NCBI RefSeq assembly: GCF_004010195.1
Contig: NC_057718.1
Location: forward strand, 76,385,156 to 76,405,155
Length of the DNA stretch: 20,000 nt
Source of the DNA: Chiloscyllium plagiosum
Taxonomy: Eukaryota
Direction: 5' to 3'
The notes beneath the pieces were generated by a model. The model was not told the origin of the DNA. It was given only the letters and a program-made list of their open reading frames with translations, and searched no databases. Below, in pieces: positions 1 to 8,954 of this stretch. The translations under genes were made by a program, and so were the position numbers. The stretch's first letter is position 1, and every line of letters starts with the position of its first letter.

Positions 1-395
1 ATGGGGAACCTTATCAAACGCCTTACTAAAGTCCATGTGTATGACATCAACAACCCTTCCTTCATCTATCAACTTGGTTACTTCCTCAAAGACCTCTATT
101 AAGTTGGCAAGGCACGATCTCACCCGCACAAAACTGTTGCTTATCGCTGATATGTCCATTCTTTTCTAAATATAAATAGATCCAATCCCTCAGTACCTTC
201 TCCAGGAACTTTCCCACCACTGATGTCAGGCTCACTGGCCTGTAGTTACCAGGAATATCCCAAAGACACTTCTTGTACAGGGGGACAACTTGAGCAACCT
301 TCCAGCCTGCCGGCACCTCACCTGTGTTTAATGATGCCACAAAGATATCTGTTTGGCCCCCAGCTAATTCCTCTCTCGCCTCCCTCAGCAACCTG
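1..395 (-). mobile_element. CR1/HER1-type LINE ORF2 reverse transcriptase fragment (decayed, runs off left edge)
   Basis: Minus translation ...GEVPAGWKVAQVVPLYKK...PGNYRPVSLTSVVGKFLEK, then after a frameshift SCLANLIEVFEEVTKLIDEGRVVDVIHMDFSKAFDKVPH: typical CR1 RT motifs. Confidence 0.93.
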
Positions 396-1660
396 GCAGG
401 TAATTAATCTCACACTGTGACGGGAGGTAATTATTCTCTCACCCTGACAGGAGGTAATTATTCTCTCACCATGACAGGAGGTAATTATTCTCTCACAGAC
501 AGGAGGTAATTATTCTCATACTGTGACGGGAAGTAATTAATCTCTCACCCTGACAGGAGGTTACTATTCTCTCACCCTGGCAGGAGATAATTATTCTCCC
601 ACTCTGACAGAAGGTAATTATTCTCTCACTCTGACAGGAGGTAATTATTCTCTCACTATGACAGGAAGTAATTATTCTCTCAATGTGTCAGGAGGTAATT
701 ATTCTCACATTCTGACAGGAAGTAATTATTCTCTCACTCTGACGGGAGGTAATTATTCTCTCGCTCAGACAGGAGGCAATTATTCTCTCACTATGACAGG
801 AAGTAATTATTCTCTCACTGTATCAGGAGGTAATTATTCTCTCATTATGACAGGAAGTCATTATTCTTTCACTCTGACAGGAGGTAATTATTCTCTATGA
901 CAGGAAGTAATTATCCTCTCACTGTGTCAGGAGGTAATTATTGTCTCACTCTGACGGGAAGTAATTATTCTCCCACTCTGATAGGAGGTAATTATTCTCT
1001 CACTCTGACAGGATGTAATTATTCTCTCACCCTGACGGGAGGTAATTATTCTCTCACCCTTACAGGAAATAATTACTTTTCCACCCTGACGGGAGATAAT
1101 TATTCTCTCACTGACAGGAGATAATTATTCTCTCACCCTGACAGGAGATAATTATTCTCTCATTGACAGGAGGTAATTATTCTCTCACCCTGACAGGAGA
1201 TAATTATTCTCTCAGTGACAGGAGGTAATTATTCTCTCAACCTGACAGGAGGTAATTACTCTCTCACTTTGACAGGAGATAATTATTCTCTCACTGACGG
1301 GAGGTAATTATTCTCTCACCCTGACAGGAGGGAATTATTCTCTCGCTCTGACAGGAGGTAATTTTTCTCTCACCCTGACAGGAGGTAATTAATCTCTCAT
1401 TGACGGGAGGTAATTCTTCTCTCACTCTGACAAGAGGTAATTATTCTCTCGCACTGACAGGAGGTAATTATTCTCTCACCCTGACGGGAGGTAATTAATC
1501 TCTCACTGACGGGAGGAAATTATTCTCTCACTCTGACAGGAGGTAATTATTCTCCACCTCTGACAGAAGGTAATTATTCTCTCACCCTGATGGGAGGTAA
1601 TTATTCTCTCGCACTGATGGGAGGTAATTATTCTCTCACTCTGACAGGAGATAATTATTC
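396..1660. repeat. Minisatellite, consensus CTGACAGGAGGTAATTATTCTCTCAC(T/C), 27 bp with 25-bp variants, roughly 47 copies
   Basis: Direct reading of head-to-tail units; ORFs 658-900 and 897-1124 show the 9-codon periodicity (LTGGNYSLT). Confidence 0.97.
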
Positions 1661-1833
1661 ATTCCCTGCCAGTAGCAGTGGTGGACTCTCCCTCTTTATG
1701 GGCATTTAAACGGGCATTGGGTAGGCATATGGAGGATAGTGGGCTAGTGGAGGTTAGGTGGGCTTGGATCGGCGCAACATCGAGGGCCAAAGGGCCTGTA
1801 CTGCGCTGTATTTTTCTATGTTCTATGTTCTAT
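1661..1833 (+). mobile_element. CR1/HER1 LINE extreme 3' end with (TTCTATG)n tail
   Basis: SLPVAVVDSPSLWAFKRALGRHM (ORF2 C-terminus), the 3'UTR motif GGGCCAAAGGGCCTGT and the tail TTCTATGTTCTATGTTCTAT; very similar to 17575-17636. Confidence 0.88.
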
Positions 1834-1879
1834 CTGATTAGGACCACTTAAACTGATTAGTGATACCCAAATCAGAACC

Positions 1880-2752
1880 AATCAAAATAAATGTCTAGTT
1901 AAATAGTCATCCAGTTCTAATGGCGGTCGATACTGGCTATGCCATAGCGGTGATTGCAGAATTTTAATAAAATTCGCTCTGGATCCCAGCCTTTACGTTT
2001 GTGCAAGATCTTGTCCAGGACAGAAAACATATACCGGTGATCCTTTGCTGATTAAATTTATAACTTTGATTCCAGTCTCTTATGAGAAGCAACTGGTTCA
2101 GTACCAGTGACTGGTTGCAAGAGATTCACCTAGATTGACTCAACATTTTTCAATTAGAAAATGGCTGCCTGAATGAAGTCCTAATTAAATACCTGGAAGT
2201 CTTCCAGGAAAGTCTAGGGACTATCAAAGGAACCAAAGGCCACCTTGTAGTTTGCCTAGGAAGCAATTCCATGATTCCACAAGTCCTACCCAGTGCCATT
2301 TACTTTACAGACAAAAGTAGAGACAGAAATGAGAAGCCTGGAAAATGAAGGAATCAAACCAGTCCAGTTTGCAAAATGAGCAACACTGGTCGTACCGATT
2401 TTGAATCCCAATGGGTCAGTCTACCTTTGTGGAGATTTTAGAGAAACGGGTAAGCTACTTTTTGCAGCTGGATAAATACCCAATCCCTCACATGGAGAAC
2501 TTAATGGCAGTGCTAGCAGGGGAACTGTACTTCACTAACCTGGACATGTGCCTTGCATACTTACAATTGCACTTGGGCAAAGATTCCCAGAAACATGCTA
2601 TAATTAATACCCATAAGGGCTTGTACCAATAAACGAGACTGCTATGTAGGTTATTGTCAGCCTGTGCAATTTTCCTTTGGATGACAATGAACATTTTGCA
2701 AGTTGTACCTCAGGTCACCATTTATCGAGATGACATTCTAATAACAGGAAAA
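1880..2752 (+). mobile_element. Decayed Ty3/Gypsy LTR-retrotransposon pol fragment (aspartic protease plus RT)
   Basis: Protease motif LMAVDTGYA (DTG at 1929-1937); RT VVPILNPNGSVYLCGDF, DKYPIPHMENL, FTNLDMCLAYLQ, INTHKGLYQ and YRDDILITG (YxDD at 2723-2734); several stops and frameshifts. Confidence 0.9.
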
Positions 2753-2772
2753 CAAATAAGAAGCAATTATAA

Positions 2773-2922
2773 GGCATCATGGCAACCCACAAACCCATCA
2801 ACACACTAAAACAGCAGCTAATTAACTTGAAAGACCCTATACAGACAACAAGCAAAACTCATGTCATGTAAAAAATACCGTGCAAGGATTGTAACAAACA
2901 CTACATTGGACAAACAGGCAGA
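2773..2922 (+). mobile_element. Penelope-like element GIY-YIG endonuclease fragment
   Basis: Translation GIMATHKPINTLKQQLINLKDPIQTTSKTHVM*KIPCKDCNKHYIGQTGR matches the PLE V(I/V)YKIPCxxC..YIGQTGR signature. Confidence 0.85.
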
Positions 2923-3093
2923 AATGCGCAGTTTAGTACTTATTGTTACTTTACCTACAAGAATAACTTATTTTCTTTATATGTTAATGTCCATCTATCC
3001 TTCAGTCTCCTCATGTGTTCAAATTCTACCCACACTGTGCTATTTATACTCAGTGAGTTGCAATTCCATGATATAGTTATACAGTTGCTTCAG

Positions 3094-3172
3094 GATCCTG
3101 AAGTCCTTGAAGAACAAAATGCTCTTTGTTCAACTCCTGGAGGAATTGCTGAAACTGGTACTGGGAAAAAAG
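3094..3172 (+). other. Candidate host exon (gene unidentified)
   Basis: TTGCTTCAG acceptor (alternative AG at 3083-3084) and a strong AAG/GTGAGT donor; two frames are open (ILKSLKNKMLFVQLLEELLKLVLGKK or DPEVLEEQNALCSTPGGIAETGTGKK); lies in apparently non-repetitive DNA. Confidence 0.33.
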
Positions 3173-3382
3173 GTGAGTCTAAATGTCCATGGGCCTGCGG
3201 GAGGCAGTTGCTGTAAGATTGAATTCCCAATGACTGATTTAAGAGAATTATGTAACATTTATTGTAAGAAGGAAACTAAAAGGACAACATAAACTACTGC
3301 AGGACAAGTGTGCCTTTAATTCTGGAGTAGAGTAGTGCTGGAAAAACACAGCAATTCAGGCAGCATCCAAGGAGTAGGAAAA

Positions 3383-3415
3383 CCCTACGTTTCGGACAAA
3401 AGCCCTTCATCAGGA
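3383..3415 (-). ncRNA. Minimal type I hammerhead ribozyme motif (Penelope type)
   Basis: Minus strand reads UC-CUGAUGA-A-GGGC-UUUU-GUCC-GAAA-CGUA-GG: both core boxes, a 4-bp stem II, a palindromic ACGU stem III and a GUA cleavage triplet. Confidence 0.72.
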
Positions 3416-3416
3416 C

Positions 3417-3450
3417 TCCTGATGAAGGGCTTTTGCTGGAAACATCGGAT
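3417..3450 (+). ncRNA. Degenerate minimal hammerhead ribozyme motif
   Basis: CUGAUGA (3419-3425)-A-GGGC-UUUU-GCUG-GAAA (3439-3442)-CAUC-GG; stems II and III are partly mutated. Confidence 0.55.
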
Positions 3451-5884
3451 TTTCCTGCTCCTCGGATGCTGCCTGAAATGCTGTGCTTTTCCAGCATCAC
3501 TCTACTCCAGAATCTGGTTTCCAGCATCTGCAGTCATTGTTTTTACGTAAGTGTGCCTTTAAGTCTATTAACATGACCAGTAATTCCCCAATCACATTCT
3601 ACATTACAGCATGTTCTCCACAGCTTACAGTTTTTAAAGGAAACAGTCCAAGTTCACTCCAAGTTTCTCATTTCCCAGCAGCTATCTCTTTATGGTCAGG
3701 ACCTTGAAAGGAGGCAGCACCTTTTGAGTTCTCCAGTACGCATGGCAGTTTCTAAGATATCTATTTAAGACCACCTAAATTTGGCATCAATGGTTAAATA
3801 TAATGAGTGCATTGTTGCAGTTGAAACATTTTCCATTGACAAACTCCATGCTTTGGTAATAGGATACTCTCTTCAGCTCAGCACCTTTCCTTTTGCTATA
3901 ACTTTAATTCAGAGAGCCTGCTGGATGTCAGATCAATTGCTTATTGTACTAGGGATTAGATGGATGGACAATGATGGAGTACTGGCATTATGAAAAATAA
4001 CATTGATTAAAGAATCATGAGGGAAGAGAACAACTAGCATGGATGCACTCTCACAGGAAATGCATCCATTGAAACAACCTGTAATCTCTAGATTTTTGTT
4101 TACAATGCAATAACATGTGCTTTATTGTTTAATAATAAAATTAAGAAAACACAAATAATAGAATAACTTAATAATTGCTCTTTATTTCCCTGAAAATTTA
4201 ATTGGGCAACATCAGTGTCTGCACAAATGTAAGTATCACAACCTTGGGAAAGGTCAACCTGGTATTGATGGAACTTATATGCTGCTAGCACAAAGTAAAG
4301 AAAGTCACTTAACTAAGAAGTATGTATTTTTGTAAGAATCAGTAAGATGCACCTTGTTGGATATTCATATTCAACTTGAAAACAGCAATCAATTTACCAC
4401 GACAGAATATCACATTACAAATGCTTCAACCACTGAATACTAGTTTTATTTTATAGCTATTTGCCTGTGTTCAACATGGGCATCAGCTGTAGTTTTGTTT
4501 TGTGAAGACAAAAGTAATTCAGTACTTATATTCTCCACCTTTTATTAAAATAAGCAAATCTATCACCAGAGTCTATATTCATATCTGTCCTTAAGGAAAT
4601 GAATGGAGAAATTATTCTTTTCTACCATGGTGCAATGGCGTTTCTAAAGTCCAATTCATAGCAGAGCCCTGAGGTACAACATGGGTTACTGTGAGTGGGA
4701 GAGAGGTGACCAGACTGTACAATTCTCATCTGTGTATTCCTCAGTTTCAATAATTTCAGATTATTTCCAACTTTGTCCACACGCCTCATATTGTGCCCAC
4801 TTCATGCTGTTTGAAGCAATCAGCTCATCCCTGACAGTAGCAGCTTGTTTCCTGGTGCATTTCCAGGATAGATGGCTAATAAATTGCCATACAAGATGCC
4901 AGGCATTTCTTCCATGCAAATTTAACACCCACCTATATAGTGAATATGCATTGACTTCCCGCACAATATCTATTACAGTTTTGCAGAACTTTAAATATTT
5001 CAGGCATTGGTAGAATTTCTAACATTTTACTAGTTGCATACATACCAAAGTCAAATCATTATTTTTTCTTGAGTACTTCAATAGACTATTTTTATATTTC
5101 AACATCTTTTGCAAATTTCTACACGTGCTATTAGATGAATGATGGTAGTTCTTATGTTTCCATGTTTTGAGACTATCATTGTTGTTTCGCTATGTGACTG
5201 ATGCTAGGCAATCTTTGGAGAGCTCTAACTGTGAGCATGGTGAGTAAAACCATTCATTATGATGTTGTGTATGCTTTTGAATCATATATTGTAATAAGTT
5301 ATTTAAATAACAGGCGGTTGGGCATACTTTTAAATATTTAAGTAATCAACTGTCCCTCAGAATCATTAAGCTTGGAGATCAGGAGGAATTCCTGCAACTC
5401 TTATTGATGTTGTATGATTATGTCAAAGATAAAAACCTTAGCCACAATGATCTTATGACTGAGCAGGGACACATTACATCAGCAATAACATGTCTTGAAT
5501 AAAGTAGATGTTAAATGTTATTGTCAATAGACATAGCATATAGCCACCTGCTGGAAGAGTGAGTTCTATTAATCTTTAAAATAGAATAACAATACTGGTA
5601 GCAGAAGTGTGTTCAATTGGAAATAAATGTGAGTTGCTGTATACTGCTGTGCTTCATGATTCAATCATTTAATTTCATATTGATCATTGAGTTCATTGTT
5701 GCTTAAAAGTCCATGTGTCATCGTTAATCTCAGATAGAAAGCAAAAGAAAAGTTTAGAAGTGTTAGATTGAAGCCAGTTTAATATACGTGTGAAAAAAAG
5801 GAACCAATTTTTTTTGTCAACATTACTTCTTTAGAAATACATCATTAAGTTAATATGAGCTGGACTGGCGCCATATAAATAAAC

Positions 5885-6030
5885 TAGCTTTTTCAGGAAT
5901 AAAGTTAGGAAATATTGTACACAGAGAGGATGATATAATTTTGCAACTCTGTTCTGCGAACAACTATTACAATTGCTCATTATAAATCTGAAATTTTATG
6001 AATCAAAGCTTTTAAGTGATAATAATTTAT
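5885..6030 (+). mobile_element. Very old CR1-like 3' remnant
   Basis: FRNKVRKYCTQRMI*FCNSV resembles the CR1 ORF2 C-terminal F..RK.FFTQRVV.LWNSLP motif. Confidence 0.35.
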
Positions 6031-6365
6031 ATCCCTGAGAACAAAAAGCTACACTTGGCAGCAAAAAAAAAGCCATGGGCAGGTAAAGAGATAAGGGGCA
6101 GCATAAAATGAAAAGAAAAGCCACAAACCAGAAAAAATCCTGTGGTATGGAAATGTACAAAGACCAGCAAAGCGCCACAAAGCAGCTTTTTAGAGCAACT
6201 AAAAGGGTCTATGAAAGGAAACTTGCCAGACACATCAAAATCAGTGGGAAGACATCTTATAGTTACATAAAGGGAAAATGACTTGGAGGTGCCAGTGTTG
6301 GACTGGGGTGGACAAAGTTAAAAATCACACATACCAGGTTATAGTCCAAAAGGTTTATTTGGAAG

Positions 6366-6399
6366 TACTAGCTTTCGGAGCACTGTTCCTTCATCAGGT
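6366..6399 (-). ncRNA. Minimal type I hammerhead ribozyme motif
   Basis: Minus strand reads AC-CUGAUGA-A-GGAAC-AGU-GCUCC-GAAA-GCUA-GU: stem II with one mismatch, palindromic AGCU stem III, CUA cleavage triplet and AC/GU stem I. Confidence 0.7.
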
Positions 6400-6588
6400 G
6401 GTTGTGGATCATGCTCACAGAATTTATAGCCAAAGGAGTCGTGTCATGGAGATGTGATATAGTAAACAATCTTAGATTAAAACTATCATCTTTTATAATG
6501 GGATATGCTGGTTTCTGTTCTTTGATATATAAATCCCAGAACGACTTTCAACTTACATTGTCAAGATAATTCAGCTTTTTACACAATA

Positions 6589-6885
6589 GGGCGGTACAGT
6601 GGTTAGCACTGCTGCCTCACAGCGCCAGAGACCTGGGTTCAATTCCTGACTCAGGCAACTGTCTGTTTGCACATTCTCCCCGTGTCTGCGTGGGTTTCCT
6701 CCGGGTGCTCCGGTTTTGTCCCACAGTCCAAAAATGTGCAGGTTAGGTGAACTGGCCATGCCAAATTGCCCATAGTGTTAAGTGAAGGGGTAAATGTAGG
6801 GGAATGGGTTTGGGTGGGTTGCTCTTTGGAGGGTCGGTGTAGACTTGTTGGGCTAAAGGGCCTGTTTCCACACTGGAAGTAGTCT
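6589..6885 (+). mobile_element. HE1-like tRNA-derived V-SINE
   Basis: Head GGGCGGTACAGTGGTTAGCACTG, B box GGTTCAATTCC (6636-6646), V-domain TTTGCACATTCTCCCCGTGTCTGCGTGGGTTTCCTCCGGGTGCTCCGG, LINE-derived tail GGGCTAAAGGGCCTGTTTCCACACTG; CAATA TSD at 6584-6588 and 6886-6890. Confidence 0.92.
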
Positions 6886-7904
6886 CAATAAGTGTGAAGT
6901 CTGTCTGTGTCCCAATGCTATGTCAGACTGACAAACCCTCTGCGTAGTTTTATACAGAAAATGGGTGGTCAAGAACAGTGTTATCTCGCTAAAGACTGAA
7001 AGTTGGATATTCTCAAAGACAATATATTGAACAATTACTTTGTCCTAGTATTTACAGTAGAAAAGGAAGGTAAATTGCCAGAACTCCTGCAGAAATTAGT
7101 AGTGCATCAGGAGCAAGGACTGAATAAAATTAACGTAAGTAAAACATCAGAAATGAGAAAATTAATGAAATTAAAGAGTGACAAATCCCTGACACTTGAT
7201 ATTTTGACATTTTCCATCTGAGGATGTTAAAGAAAGTAGAGGAGCACATTCTAGATACCCTAACTATAATCTTCCATTATTCCTATGGAGATGTCGCTCT
7301 GGATTGGAAAATTGCACGTCACTCTGCTTTTTAAGAAGTGCCATAGAGAAAAACCAGGGATTTACAGATCAATTGGTTGGGAAATTGTGGGGAGTGCATA
7401 ATCAAGGATGGTTCTTAGAGGCTGGGACATTGTCAGATGCCAATGTCCATGGACATATTGTTAGTGCTCACAGAGTTTGCCCTAAGATGCTGGTATCCAG
7501 TGTTGTTCGGAGCAAGAGGTAAGTTGGATCCACCAGTGCTCACTCTGGTTTCCTCACTGAGGTCTCCCAGCATCGAGCTTGCTTGGTGAGTTTGGTAAGG
7601 TGGGAGGCTGAATATTAATGAGGCAGTTGTGTTGTTAACAAGGCACTTAGCAAGCCACAGTCAACATCATTTGGCAATTTGTCATTGCTTAGTGAAAATC
7701 TCACCACGTGATTTGTGAAAAGCATAAGAGATGGCACGAGTTGCTCCCAATATTGAGATGGGTATGGCTGTGCTCGTCACTCAGTTCTACCACACGTCTT
7801 ACCATGGCCCACATCGCTCAGACATACCCCTGCTTGGATTTTCTTCCTACTGACTTTTCCAGATTTGCTGAATTGTTCCATTTACTTCAATTTTTATTTT
7901 AGAC

Positions 7905-8013
7905 AGCCAGCAGCATTTCCTTTTGCAATAGTACACTTCAAAAGTGTTTAATTGACTGAAGGTCTTTGAGTCATATGAGAATGTGCAAATTTTATATAAG
8001 AGCACTTTTTTTT
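7905..8013 (+). mobile_element. Ancient SINE 3' tail remnant (AmnSINE1/SINE3-like)
   Basis: TACACTTCAAAAGTG...ATTGACTG...TTTGAG...TATATAAG...TTTTT resembles, from recall, the Deu-SINE tail ACTACACTTCAAAAGTAC...CTATATAAATGCAAG. Confidence 0.4.
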
Positions 8014-8954
8014 AAGAAGCTGAACTATGGTACAGAGGGTTGAGAGAAACATGATTATTATATCAGACTGCTGATGTCATACTATACTGATGGCTTCAGC
8101 AAGTTGTCAGTCATTACAAAATATTTCAGATCAGCTTACAATATCTAAGCTTACAATGTGAATGAATTTCCAAAATAAGTTGGTTGATTTACCACTGAAT
8201 GGCGATCGCTATCTCTGCTAGCCAGTCTCAGCATCATTCAGAGATGTAGAAATTGAGCACAAACTATTTGACTTTGCAATCTAATTGAACTGTGAATTTC
8301 TAATGAGTCAATTACTTCAAGTAGTTACCATTCAAACCTTGGAGTTACTCCATCAGCAAAATAAGAGGCATTTACCTTCCACTTGTAGGAGGCATGCAAA
8401 GTAACAGCTATCTTGATGTTCTAGGTGTCCAATTCCAACAACAAAATTTACTTTTTAATCCATGACCCCTGTGAATTACTGAAAATTCTTGTGTGATCTG
8501 GCAGCATATGTGGAGAGAAAAATAGTTCGTCATTCTCTGAAAAAATGGGGAATAGTTAAGGGAGACAACAGGAATCAAACTCACCACAGAGACAGGGTTA
8601 GTGAGATCACCATGCCACTCCCAATAGGGAAAGCCTGACTTACCAAGCGCAACTCAAGCACCTAGCTAGACAGCAGAGGGAGACCAAGGACCCCAGGGGT
8701 GGAATTCTCATCCACCAAATCTACTTGCCAATTAGAGATACAGCTCTCTGTGAGCTACAGTACCCCTAGGAGGTACTCCTAGTATGATACCTACCTGAAG
8801 CTTAGGATCATTGCTGGATTCCTAGGCACAGATGAGAGATGATGCGGAATCTTTAGGTGTGAGTTGCAGGTGAGGGGCGGTGAAAATAAGGGTGTGAGTG
8901 GCTCCAGGGGTGCAGTCCTGAGAGAGTATGTTCCAAATAGTCCAATTGGGGAAG

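Larger units (their letters stand above)
3320..3548. mobile_element. Non-autonomous Penelope-derived hairpin element, 229 bp, with 14-bp TSD
   Basis: Perfect direct repeat AAGTGTGCCTTTAA at 3306-3319 and 3549-3562; 97-bp inverted arms 3319-3415 and 3417-3513 (12 mismatches, no gaps, 1-nt centre at 3416). Confidence 0.9.
6281..6956 (-). mobile_element. Non-coding Penelope-like element with hammerhead motif and 7-bp TSD, itself interrupted by an HE1 SINE
   Basis: GAAAATG at 6274-6280 and 6957-6963 flanks the insert and the CR1 protein resumes across it; hammerhead core at 6366-6399. Confidence 0.75.
6070..7411 (+). mobile_element. Old CR1 LINE ORF2 fragment, split by the insertion at 6281-6956
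   Basis: Left part RATKRVYERKLARHIKISGKTSYSYIKGK continues on the right as WVVKNSVISLKTE, ILNNYFVLVFTVE, KLKSDKS, RMLKKVEEHILDTLTIIF, DWKIA, LFKKCHREKPGIYRSI. Confidence 0.82.

Noticed and set aside
658..1124. ORFs encoding a 9-aa repeat protein with an NYS sequon in each unit
   Set aside because: By-product of a 27-bp unit; 25-bp variants repeatedly break the frame and there is no signal peptide or splice support.
396..1660. CRISPR-like array of palindromic 27-bp repeats
   Set aside because: Units are head-to-tail with no unique spacers, there are no cas genes and the context is vertebrate.
3294..3550. Two similar antiparallel ORFs (MLEKHS...)
   Set aside because: Artefact of the DNA palindrome.
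4681..5013. 110-aa ORF in unique DNA
   Set aside because: No recognisable motif and a length compatible with chance.
6589..6650. tRNA gene
   Set aside because: The B box belongs to a SINE head and no full cloverleaf is present; the same applies at about 17140-17215 and 17660-17680.
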